64,000 bases of DNA, taken from assembly GCA_951406725.2 (NCBI GenBank), contig OX597816.1, positions 93,992,001 through 94,056,000 on the forward strand. Reading direction: 5' to 3'. Origin of the DNA: Octopus vulgaris. Its lineage: Eukaryota. Every line of letters begins with the position of its first letter. The first letter of the stretch is position 1. The notes under the pieces were generated by a model. That model ran no database searches. It was given only the letters and a program-made list of their open reading frames with translations, and was not told where the DNA came from. Of the stretch, positions 1-12,049 are shown piece after piece. The translations under genes were made by a program, and so were the position numbers.

Positions 1-140
1 AACTGGTACTTTTCTATCGACCTAGAAAGAATGAAAGGCAAAGTCGACCTCGACGTAAATTGAATTCAGAATGTAATGAGTCGAAAGAAATGCCGCTAAG
101 CACTTTGTCCGACATACTAACGATTCTGCTTGCTCGCCAC
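1..140 (-). mobile_element. SINE family A (tRNA-like head GGCGGCGAGCTGGCAGA; central GTCGACTTTGCCTTTCATCC...AAGTACCAGT domain, Meta/MESC-like), cut by window edge
   Basis: Reverse complement aligns by eye with the full copy at 34117-34346. Confidence 0.85.
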
Positions 141-189
141 CTTTGTTTGGTGCGTAATGATAAAGGCATGACCGAGATAGTTTTGTTTA

Positions 190-355
190 TCTCCAGGTTA
201 GCTTTTGGTGGAGTAGACCTATGATCAATTGAGTTACATCTGTGATCACCTAGTCTTTTTAGGAGTACGTTGTAGTACATTATTTTATGTATCCTTTCTT
301 TTTTTTAAGATAGTAGTATGATATTTGTGGGTGTATAGATTCGGCTACTATTTGA
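190..355. repeat. Old dispersed repeat (family D), degenerate; related pieces near 3975-4155, 21570-21640, 23600-23760 and 38340-38470
   Basis: Shared motifs CCAGGT..GACCT(A/G)TGATCAA and GTAGGGTGTGATTTG..GG....TTGGCT..TATTTCTAGCA recur in both orientations. Confidence 0.5.
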
Positions 356-589
356 TTAACTCATGCAAACAAGTACGGGCTCTCTCCGAAGTAGAAGTGT
401 TAGGTGTTACAAAGTGCGGTGTTCATTTAGGTTTAAGAGTAACCATTTACTTCAAAGGAGCAGAACTTGCGTGAAGTAGCAGGATGAAGAAATAGGAAAG
501 CACAACGATGTTAGAGAGTTTGGTAGTTTAGGGTATTGACTCTGGAGTGGTTTAACAAATTCACTGGGTATCAATGATTAAATGGCTCA

Positions 590-700
590 GCAAGAGCTAT
601 AATAGAAAATACTTGCCCAAGGTGCTGCACAATGGGCCTGAACCCGAAGTCACGTTGTTGCAAAGTGAGCTTCCTAACTATACAGCAATGGCGGCACCGA
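590..700 (-). mobile_element. SINE family B 5' fragment
   Basis: ACTTGCCCAAGGTGC...TGAACCCG is the reverse complement of the family B head and CORE-like CCTTGGGCAAGTG motif. Confidence 0.7.
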
Positions 701-720
701 TGTGTGTGTGTGTGTGTGTA

Positions 721-1508
721 CGAGAGTAGGCTGAAAAGTTTATTGGCTGACCACGAAGGAGAGATGCAGAAAAAAATAGTTTAGCTCCCAACGACATTCA
801 TGCTAACATGGTTGATGCATTAAGGGATGACATTCTAGCTTTATCAACAGTGCAAAAGTGGGCAGCTGAATTTAGGAGGGTATGGAAAAGTTTGAAAGAT
901 GACCCAAACTCTGAACAACCTTTCACCTGCTATCTCCGAAGAAAACCTTGATCGTGTTCACTACATGGTGATGAATGACAGGCGATTGACTATAAATCAA
1001 GTATCCAATGCTATGAGCATATCCCATGACTATAGATCAAATAGCCAATGCTAATAGAATATCCCGTGAGAGAGAGAGTTGAGAGTATTCTGCACAAATA
1101 ACTTAGCATGACGAAGGTTTCTGCTCGGTGGGTGCCACGTCTTCCAACACCCGATCAAAAGCGCACCAGGCTGATCACATCACGGGAAAATTTTACACTG
1201 TTTGAGACAGATCCAGCTTGCTTCCTTGAACGTTTCCTAACCCAGAACGAGTGTTAGGATAATCCCTTTGAGTCAGAGACAAAGAAACAATCTATGCAGT
1301 CGAAACACCCCTCCTCACCTGCTCCAAAGAAGGCCAAAGTTGTTTCAAATCATGATGAAAGCTTTTTTCACCAATGGGATCCAAGCACTTCAACACCAGT
1401 GGAAGAAGTGCGTGGACCGCAAGGAGAACTATGTTGAAAAATAAACCTCATTTGATACACTCCATGAGAGTATCTTGGTCAGCCTATGAACATTTCAACC
1501 GACCCTCG
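721..1508 (+). mobile_element. Internally deleted mariner transposon with decayed transposase
   Basis: About 33-bp imperfect TIRs (CGAGAGTAGGCTGAAAAGTTTATTGGCTGACCA / TGGTCAGCCTATGAACATTTCAACCGACCCTCG) with TA on both sides. Remnants KVSARWVPRLPTPDQK and the C-terminal QWKKCVDRKENYVEK. Confidence 0.9.
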
Positions 1509-1539
1509 TACGTTACAACACAAAATTATTACAAGTAAT

Positions 1540-2050
1540 TCAAGAACCCCGGTGATAACACAACATTACACAAATACCTAAACACAATATTTCAGTGGGC
1601 TGAAGAAACAACATGCAGTTTCAATGCTGAAAAATTTCAAGCACTCCACTATCAGCCTACAGATAGCTTACAGTCGGAATTCACAGGACCAAGGAGTGTT
1701 GTAATACCAGATTCATGATCGGTGCGGGATCTAGGAATCCACATGAGTAATAATACAGTGTTCCGTGAGCATATTACAATGTGCAGATTACAGGCTCTTT
1801 GGATTATGAGATCATTCATAACGAACACAAAAGAAACGATGGTTGTCCTATGGAGAACATTCTCCTTAGTCGCCTGGACTATTGCTCCCAATTACAATAT
1901 CCACACAGCATTAAACTTACAGCAGCGATCTCCAGGAAATACTACACTATTATACCAAAAGTGTTGCCTCAGTGTTTTAAGATAGGCTATTGGAAAAACC
2001 TTTAAAAAATAAGGCTCTGTCCCCAAGAACACCGACGCAACAGTAAAGAG
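1540..2050 (+). mobile_element. CR1-like LINE 3' RT fragment (pseudogene)
   Basis: Broken frames read QWAEE.NMQFNAEKFQALHY, VRDLGIHM, WIMRSF and LSRLDYCSQL, typical of the CR1/L2-group RT C-terminus. Ends at a (TA)n(GA)n tract. Confidence 0.8.
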
Positions 2051-2056
2051 ATGATC

Positions 2057-2057
2057 A

Positions 2058-2151
<94 letters not shown>
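2057..2151. repeat. (TA)n-(GA)n compound microsatellite
   Basis: Direct reading. Confidence 0.95.
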
Positions 2152-2155
<4 letters not shown>

Positions 2156-2454
2156 TATTGTTTTAAAAATCGCAGAAGTATCAGTAGCAGACGAAAAGCG
2201 TCAAGCAGCGACGGTGAAATTGCTAGATCCGGGATTTCTGCGTATTTGCGCATCTTTGTTATCCGGTATACAGTTAGACAAATTTTGTCTCTACTGATAA
2301 CAAGTCAATAACGTTGCAAATAGCTGGCAGGCTGCGTAAAAATTCGTTATAAGCGGCAGAAGCAGTATTGGTTCAGAATAGCATTCTGTATATCTACAGT
2401 CAATTTGTTCGGTTAAAACCCTTATTTGCTGTGCAACAAACATCTTTCTACTAT

Positions 2455-2607
2455 AGACACAAAACCTGAAACTTAGGAGGAGGGTCTAATCGATTACTTT
2501 CTCCCAAGTGCTGAATAGGATGAAAGGCGAAGTCGACCTCAGCAGAATTTGAACTCCGAGTGTAAAACTGGAAAAAATGCCGCTAACGATTCTGGCAGCA
2601 CGCTACC
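2455..2607 (-). mobile_element. SINE family A, degenerate
   Basis: GGATGAAAGGCGAAGTCGACCTCAGCAGAATTTGAACTC...AACGATTCTGGCAGC. Confidence 0.75.
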
Positions 2608-2881
2608 TCTACAAACGTTGTTAATAAGGAACTTTCCAATCAAACGATCATTAAAAAAAGAGAAAAATCAGTGCTTGCTACATTTTTTAAATGTAAAATA
2701 TCAACAATATTCTCCAACTTATTCTACTCGAAATATATTTCATCCATAATAATAGTGATTAATTTGGATGAGTAGTTCATTAAATGCGTGTTTTTTTTTT
2801 TATTTTTGATCCAATTCCAGTCACATTGATTTCGTACTAAATATGTAATCTCACATATGTTTTCTTTTTCTCTCTCTTTTA

Positions 2882-3011
<130 letters not shown>

Positions 3012-4166
3012 TATGTTTGCGTCTATGTTTATTATATGAGGGAGTGTTTAAACTGGAACATGAAGAGTTGCTATGCTTTTCTAATCCTATTCTTGAAACT
3101 AAGAAACTTCCAATGTGTAATGAATACTATGTAATTAATTTTACACGTTAATTATGCACCTAATATTACATAGTAAGGGTAACATACACCAAATGTTAAC
3201 GTATTACGCCTCCAGCTAATTGTCAGTGAGTTCATATCTGCTGCAAACATTTCAAAGTGGCTCTGATCAGAGTTCTTAAGTCAGTGTTTCTCAATTCATT
3301 GTTGAGAATAGCTGCAAAATTTACTTGAGAATGTATATTGCTTATCACTCGTTAATGTAGCATAAATTCTCTGAGTTAAGAACAGCCGAAAGAAAGACGA
3401 ATATCAGTGGATGGAATTCCAGACCGTAATGTTGCCGAAAAGACAAACATAAAGATGTAATGCAGTGCTGCCTTAAGGTATAAGTTGACCTCCGAAATAA
3501 ATTTGGCAAAGCAAAAGAAAACTACTTTAGGGCTCTGAGATAGCGAACAGGTCCTCTCAAAATGTAAGAGAGCTGAGATTTATATTTGTTTCTTTGCTAA
3601 AGAACGGGCCCAGCAGACAGTCAAAGGTCCCCCCTTAGCTCTCTGGACTCCGAATCAGTTACAGGCTAGACAGCTCTCTTCCTCATAAGCCCTGCACACA
3701 GGCACACTGGGCAGTTAAAGCAAGGGCAGTTATCACACACGTCTAGGGACCCAGTGAAAATTTATGTAATCAGTGGTTGTTTATGATTTTCACCATAGGG
3801 TGGGGAACTTATAATACTATCAAGTTGACTTTGATAAGATATCGATAACTTCTGGTTACAATGTATATAATGCAGCTGCCTACGAAAATTCCTGTTACAT
3901 TCTCTAGGCCACAACAAAAGAAACACTTATTAAATAACTAATACTTTCAACAGTTTTTTGTTGTTGCTGCTGTTTAGAACCAGGTCAGCCCTAAATAGGA
4001 AGACCTGTGATCAATGACGTTCGACCGTAAACATCTATGCTTTTTATGTGTGTGGAAAACTATATTAGCCATTTGTGCTATTTTGATCTTTAAGAGTGTA
4101 GGGTGTGATTTGGAGAATATTTGTATGTTATTTTTTAACAAGTCAAGCAACTCTGCATGTGCATCG

Positions 4167-5282
4167 TGAGGGTTGTCCTGAAAGTGGACACAACTTTTTT
4201 GATAACTGAATTAGGTCTTTCAAACTGCATATAACTCTTCTTTATTGCAAATTTTCTACTCAGTATAGTCTTCAGGTGATATGATTGCACCATCATTGAC
4301 CCTAGTTCTCAAATCTCCTTTGAAAATATTTTGAAATTGCGCTATTGTACCCATTTCTGCCCACTTTGTTGTCGAAGATGTGTATGGTCTCACATTGTCA
4401 TGGTGAATGTGAATCGTTTTCAGATACTTCCGTCCTCCTAATGGCTTTTCGAAACTTTTTTTGAATATCTCAATGACTCACTCGTTATTCACGACACATT
4501 TTCTTTCCAGAAAATCAAGACACTCTTATCATCCCCCAAAATAACCATGATGACTTAGTTTCGATCGCTGAATCTTGAACGTCTTGAGTCCCGGAGAAAA
4601 AAGTGATACGTTGTTCAATGGACTCTTCCTTCGTTTCCAGGTCATAAAGATGCGGCCAATGTTTCATCCTATGTCACTAGATTAGAAAAAAACGATCTTG
4701 TTTTTATTGGTTTCAACTTCTTCCCATAGGTCAGAGCTGACTTCCATTTTTCTCTCCTTCAAAGCAGGTGTCAACAGCCGAGATACCACTTTGCACAGAC
4801 TTTCCGATACCCAAAGTCACTATCTTCTGTAACGCATTGTGTCCACAGATCAATTATGCAGCATACACATGAATTATGATTCGTCTTTCCCCACGAATCA
4901 ATTCATTCACTTGCTGTCAATTCATATCCATGATCGCAGTTAGTGGTCTCCCATTGCATGGTTTGTCTGCAATGCTGGTCTCCACATCTTTAAACTTCAA
5001 TGTCTGTGCTCATTGCTTGTGTCAATGGCGTCATTTCCGTAAACAACCAGTAACGGTCTGTGGATGTCGGACAGCTTGAACCCCTCATCGTCATGATCTC
5101 AAAAACAGCAAGTTGTTTCTGCTTGGAACCCCTTTTGTTTTGGGGAGTTTTTTTGCTTTTTTTTTATCGATAGCAGTGAAGAACTGAAAAAAAGAGTTTC
5201 TGTTGAGGATGTACAATTTGAATGACCTATATCAGTTAATAAAGTTATATCCATTCTTGTATAACTTTCAGGGCAACCCTTG
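4167..5282 (-). mobile_element. Decayed mariner transposon, near full length
   Basis: TIR pair GAGGGTTGTCCTGAAAGT (about 4168) / ACTTTCAGGGCAACCCTT (about 5264-5281). Minus-strand remnants GYRKVCAKW..RLLTP, DET..HLYDLETK and HHDNVRPYT. Confidence 0.8.
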
Positions 5283-6170
5283 CTGTTCACGGAAATTATC
5301 AGTTCCGATAACCACGGGAGCCAGATTAAAAGTCTTAGAGTGTTTAGTTTTCTGAAGTCCAAAATGACTTTTCAAATCTTAGCGAATCGCAATCGGCTTT
5401 ATCTTTCAAGCATCCCTATTCGAGAAATTAAATAGCAGTAATAGGTCACGTGTCAATTCATTCGACCTTACAAAGGTTTCTGCGGAAACCGACGCTGTAC
5501 TCTGTCAAACGAAATCTATTACACATGACTTCTGTTGCTTACATAATAAGCACGTTAAATCTATCGTATGGCTGGTTGTTCACCATGACAGTCACCTGTG
5601 GCTTTCAATGATGGCTTTCAATCCCTTAAATAGGGTGATTGATTAAATTTTCGTTTCTCAAGGACGATGGGCTCACATCAGATTAAAGAACGTATGAAGA
5701 AATTATTTGCTGTATTAATAGAGCAGAAACTGATTAAAAGTGTGCGTGTGCGTATACGTAAGTTTTGTGTTTGAGAGAGGAGGAGAATTCGTGTGTGTTA
5801 GTACACGCGTGCGTATGTATGATAAACTAGAAATCTTGCTAAGATAATATTGCATCGTAATTTAAACTGAATACTTTTAGACGTAAGCAGTTCTCTGTCA
5901 CTTTTCTTTCTCTTTTTCTCTTTCAGTACATACATGTGTGTGTGTGTGTGTGTGCGTGTGTGTGTTTATTTATTTGTATACATATGTATGATATGTATTT
6001 GTTTATATATGATGCATGTATGCACACACACACACACACACATATACTGTTTTGTTAAGGTGAGGTCAACAAAAAAGTACTCCATCCAGTGAGAGATAAA
6101 TATCATAATGCAAGTTATAAAACCTGCATAACTACGTTTCATAATGGTAAGACACTACTAGTAGCTCGTA

Positions 6171-6212
<42 letters not shown>

Positions 6213-6621
6213 GCAGTCCCACGCGACGGAAAACTCAGGTTATGGGAATTCAGGCATACGAAAATTGCAACATGACTATTTTCAGGACATAGTCTGTAAT
6301 TTCGATCTTACGGAAACTCGGATAAGTGTTAAGAATTTAGGAATCTACATTTTCTTTATAAGGAAAAGTCCGTTTCTCGGCAATTTAGTTAAGCAAAAAC
6401 TAGCTAACGATTTCCAAAACTATATTCAGGAGATATTCCTAGATATATGCATACATACATACATACGCGCGCATATATATGCATATATGTGTATGTGTAT
6501 AAGAGTTTGTGTATGCGTTACGATAAACACTTACAGAGGGTGTGATGGGATTTTTCACTGTGAATGTTAGTGCTTATGTTTGGATATATTATACTGGGTT
6601 ACAATATTTAACACACACACA

Positions 6622-6658
<37 letters not shown>

Positions 6659-7858
6659 TTTGTCTCTTCCACTGTATCTCTATCTCTTTATACATCTCTA
6701 TATATGCCTACGTTCTTGCCTGTATGTAAATCAACCTTCACCACCAGTAATATCTGTCATTAGCGTCAACACAACCAACATCAATACCAAGACCAAAACA
6801 CCACCACAGCACTGACCAACCTGTCAAATTTTAATGACCCCCACACAACAGTAAGAAAAGTACAAACAAAGCAAGTAACTCCCTCTAAAATTACAAAAGC
6901 AAACACGAAATAATATGGTACTACCGGCAGCAACACTGAAAGCATTACAATTCATACCACCACCACTATCAAACCAAGCTGGCAACAGCAATAAGGGTAT
7001 CAGCATGATAGCAATGTCTGTAGCTACATATGTTGTATGTCAATAAAAAGGTGTTTATAATTTATGATCTAGAAAGAAACCATTACATGAAACTAAAGAT
7101 AGTGCGAAAAGGAATCGTAAAAGGATTATACTGAAAATTAACCTTAATCTTTTAAAAGGACGTGATGTGCAAGATTAAAATCACCCATATTGCCGATACA
7201 TTAAAACTTACATTAAAACTTGCAACGCCTACAACTATAAAAAAGATACGTAACAATGGCGAGAAAATTACCTCAAAAGCTCAAGAAGTTATTCCCTTAA
7301 CTTCTTGGACCTTTACAGTAGACCCAACTGTAATGTGTATGTATCGAGGATATTAATCGACGCATTATGCCGATAAGCATGATGATAATTTAAATATAGC
7401 CAAAAGTTTGAAAGTTTGTAAGGTGACTTGCAGTAAAGGATGGTGGACCTTCTAATGAAAATCCTTACCTAGATTAAGGTGTGAGAGCCAAATTATGAAA
7501 TTAATTGATAGAAAGAAACGACCTAGCTTTAGAGACTTCTGGAAGAAGTTTAACTACTGGATGAGGTAGACAACGTAGTTGAGTCATGTAAAGTAAAATT
7601 CTCAAATCTGAATAGTGCATGGAAAAACATATATAACCAAACTTTATCCATGTCTATCCAAGTTATCAAACAAGCAGTAAGTCTACCTCAAATACAGAAA
7701 GATATTGTGACAAAAATGCTGTAAGGTTCAAGAAATCATAGAGGGTGATGCGGTTGATTGCTAGTGAACCATACAGAAATATATCTCAGAAAGAGTCGGA
7801 ACATGAACAGGTTGGAAATACAGATGAAAATGCAGAAATTCTACTTAAATCGACTGCA

Positions 7859-7924
<66 letters not shown>

Positions 7925-8865
7925 CGAAGCAATTCTAATCTGTCAAATAATTTGCGTTTGCTTCTTGAATATCGCGTCTTGAACTCCCAGTATGCCTCAT
8001 ATATTTTAGAAGGCGAAAGGAAGCTTATTCCACCTTTCTACCATAAACGAAAGCTTCAACGGAAATAAATGTGACAGAAATGAATCTAAGGTCCTGGTCT
8101 TTAGTAATGAAAACGTGCTTATGAAAAATATTTCTGCTACAAATAACAATAACAGAAATAATAATAGACTATGAATTTGAGAAACAGCTAACTCCTTGAA
8201 GCATTTGGTTTAAACACTTGATAAGTAATCATGCCGAGACATGTTTGTCAATATTAAGTTTGAGAAACTTGATCGTTGCAGTCAGAGTTAGTCCATAAAG
8301 ATGAGAAAGCATGATTCGTATGTACATAAACAGTAATACATGGTAATAAAGAACGCTGTGAGGTGGGTTATATAGCGTAGCTGCACCAGACAGGCTTTAT
8401 TAAATCATTGGTCAAAGAGCAAGGTCTCAAATTGGAAAATTCCTAATATAGACAGCGATTTCTAACAACGACACTGTGTCTCTGATTTATAAGAGAAAGA
8501 AAGAGGATTATGTAATGTTTATGCTTTTATCAAAGCAATGATTATCTGCAACCAAGTATTGAAGTCGAATTCCCGATACTAATAGCATGATTTTAAACTA
8601 CGGTACGCCATTATTAATGAAATGGATGCACTTCCAAAACATATTTTGGTTTCACTCACGGTAAAATTTTATTGTGGTATAATGTAGTCAACTGAATCGG
8701 CCGCACTGTATTACTGGTACTCACTTTATCGACCTTAAAGAACAAAATCAACAGAGGAGCCCTATGTTGTCGCTCTACCTTTCAGAAATAGCTCAAATCA
8801 CATGAAAATATTTTTCATTGAATCCGACAAATACAAATTATTTAATCCAATTTATATGAAATATT

Positions 8866-9072
8866 GGTTTCAAATTTTAATACAAGGCTAACTTCGAGGA
8901 AGGGATAAGTCAATTACATCGATCCCAGTACTCAACGGGTATTTATTTTATCGATCGCGAAAGGATGAAAAGTAAAGTCAACCTCGGCAAAATTTGAACT
9001 TAGAACGTAAAGACAAACGAAATGCCGCTGAGCATTTTGCCCGGCGTACTTACGATTCTGCCAGCTCGCTGT
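8866..9072 (-). mobile_element. SINE family A
   Basis: Aligns with 34117-34290, from GATTCTGCCAGCTCGC through CGATCCCAGT. Confidence 0.85.
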
Positions 9073-10330
9073 CTTGTAATATTAAAATTACAATAAATAA
9101 TAGAAGTCATATAGTGATCGCAGTTACTCTATTGATAACTTTTATCTCTCTATATAAGTACAGAAATAATTCAGTACTTTGCCCCATTTTCCAAAATTTG
9201 TACTTCTCACTTGAAAGTAGCAAAACTTTTACCCGTTATAAGAAGTTGAGACTTTTGTCTCCACAGAAAGAATTTATACATAGATAAAAATATTGAGAGC
9301 CGTGCAAAAGCAACTCTAGCAAGATGCAGCCCTATTTCAGATGTTTTAGTGGTCAATTTGATTTTAAGGTTGATAAGGCTTGGAATTAAAGGTTTCTCTC
9401 CTCAGCGATTTTAAGTGCGAAAGATATTGTAAATCAAATTAGTTTCAAGTGCGTCTGGCAACTGAAATGTAAGATTCATACTACACTACATGAGATTCAT
9501 ATAAGTGAATCAATTATCGTTCAAATATAACATTAGGTACATATTCCATGGCTTTTTAACATTCGGTCCATTTTTATATGTGCAGGAAAGAGACTTTGGT
9601 AGGACAACTCTAGTTCCGTCAACAATTTCTAACAACCGTTTGAAATATGATTGTAGCGGTGATAACGCGGTGTATGCAAACCTATCATTGTCGCTTAGAA
9701 TCACGATAAAAGAATTCAACGAAGTCTTCTCAAAGATTATATCTATCTCAGTGGGATCTATGCAAAATAATCTACTGAAATTTGTTACTATATTAATTGT
9801 TACTTCATTTTAATTTCAAGCCAAGAAAATAGTTAATATATAGATTAAAATCATACACTGAAAATCTACGCTACTTCTACACAAAGTAATATAAATGTAA
9901 ACCGAGTACAAATGTTCATCGATGGCAACTCATAAGATAAGAGGTCAATAACACACCACACTTATCGGCCAGCAACACAACCGGCACAATTCAGTACTTG
10001 CTACTGTTGGTTTTGCTAAGCGGGGGGATTTTCATATCACATAAAGTGGTTTGTAAACAATAAAGAAATGCAGTTAATCCATAGAAATTTACTTATAAAC
10101 CTGACTTTGCAAATTGGCTTTATTTTTACATAGGTTTCTTCTTGTGCGTTATAGTTGTGTTTGTAATCATTTAACTGATATGCTTGTGTTGTATGATAAA
10201 TTATTTTCACTTCCCATGTGTTTGTGATGTTTATGGTGCGTAATAGGTTCAATTCCCATTCTATTAACGGTCTGATCTCTTTATGTATTCAGCAATGTAT
10301 GAATACATCAACACTCACACACACACACAC

Positions 10331-10373
<43 letters not shown>

Positions 10374-11784
10374 TGTGTATAAACGAAAGAAAAGAGCACC
10401 CAATATATTAGTAGATGTAAAATTGATGACTGTCAACGTCCAATCAACGAAACTTCATCGGCATGTTTAATGAAACTTCACACATGTTCTACTAATGAAC
10501 AGTTTTAGCCGCGCATGACTTGAAAGGTAGATCTTAATTTATCATTATTAAACTTTATTTTTATCGATCGATGCACGTCCCATGGGAGAAAGTGCTGCAG
10601 GCCGCTTGTGTGAGACTCCAAAGTTGAGCACTACTAGTATGTAACCATCATTCCATGCTTTTCGCATGCAAGCCAACGTGGCTCGCTATGAGCATTTTAG
10701 TTTTTTTCACAATGAATTTACCAGCGTCGCTGACATTCGGTGAACAGCCTCGAAGGAACAGTGCTGGCCATAGCGACCGAAAAGTAGACGCACTACCGCA
10801 ATGCAGATGGCGCCTGATATAAGCCAGTCCGAGGTTATTTGTTAAGAAAGAAATTTATTACTCGTTATTTCTTTCTTGCAGTAGATGATTGAATGACTGC
10901 TACGATTTTCCTTGATTGTCAGATGAAAATGTTTCAGCATAACTGTTCGTTTACGACGCTATTGGACTGTTCGTTTACGACGCAGAGAATCAGCGGTCTG
11001 CTTCAATATATGAAGTTCGTCAAACAGTCCGAGCCTGAACGTTTGCAATTTATAAGGCTATAAGAAAACTAAATCAACAATATTTCAAAATATTGTAAAG
11101 CAACGTGTCTTTGGTTTCAGAGCTATCGCATGAAATGAAACCGAGAATGGAGTTTAGCAGATGTTGAATGCACTGTTTTGAATTTGATAGAGGTGATCTC
11201 TGCATAAATTCTCAATATTTCTTAAAACAGAGTGAATATTGTTCTATGTTTTCTAACAAAGAATGTTCCCGAAAGAAAAACTAGGCATGAAAATGTAAAT
11301 TAGTAAGCAATAAACCCTAATTAGAACTGTATAAAAGCACTGACCTAACTACATAGAAATCAAGGGATATTTATATTTGCCAACTAAATTTGGCGGTCCA
11401 CTAGAGGACGGTATTACTGTTTTTTTTTAGCCCCAGGAAGACATTTCCTCCAGTTGGACAACGACATACAGTCTGTGTCCGATTAGTATTTGCGAAGGAG
11501 GTCATCGCTTCCATCTCTAGCCAAACGTGATACACATAGACCCGAGTTTCTAGGTAGTTACCCGTCTTCAATGTGTGTTAATCTCCAGCTAGTGATGAAG
11601 AACTCATTCCACTCGCAACATACTATATCCTTTACTAGCGACACACTGTCGCTAATTTCGTTAAAAGAGAGATAAGTTACATTAAATCTCTGAGCGAGAG
11701 ATAAACAGTAACGGTACGGAATCGTAAAATATATTTGCCAACTACATATAGATATAACCACACACACACATACACGTGTATATA

Positions 11785-12039
11785 CGAGGGCTGTTCATTA
11801 AAAATTTCCCCTGTCCCACTTCGCAAGAATCGGGATAAACGAAACTTGGCATAATTATTAGTCCTTTTCTACATAGCCACCACCAATGGTGACACACTTC
11901 TCCCATCGCTTTATGCAGCTGTGAATAACTCATCTGTTAAAGTCGATAGGTTGCGTCTGGAGCCAAGACTCTACCTCAGAAATTAGTTTACCATCACCCG
12001 AAAAGTGCTCCCTCTTCAAAAAAGACTTAGTTGGAAAGA
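11785..12039 (-). mobile_element. Mariner 3' end (TIR plus transposase C-terminus), truncated where the LINE begins
   Basis: TA|CGAGGGCTGTTCATTAAAAATT terminus. Minus strand gives KSFLKREHFSGDGKLISEVESWLQTQP and RWEKCV. Confidence 0.8.
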
Positions 12040-12049
12040 CTTGCCTTTT

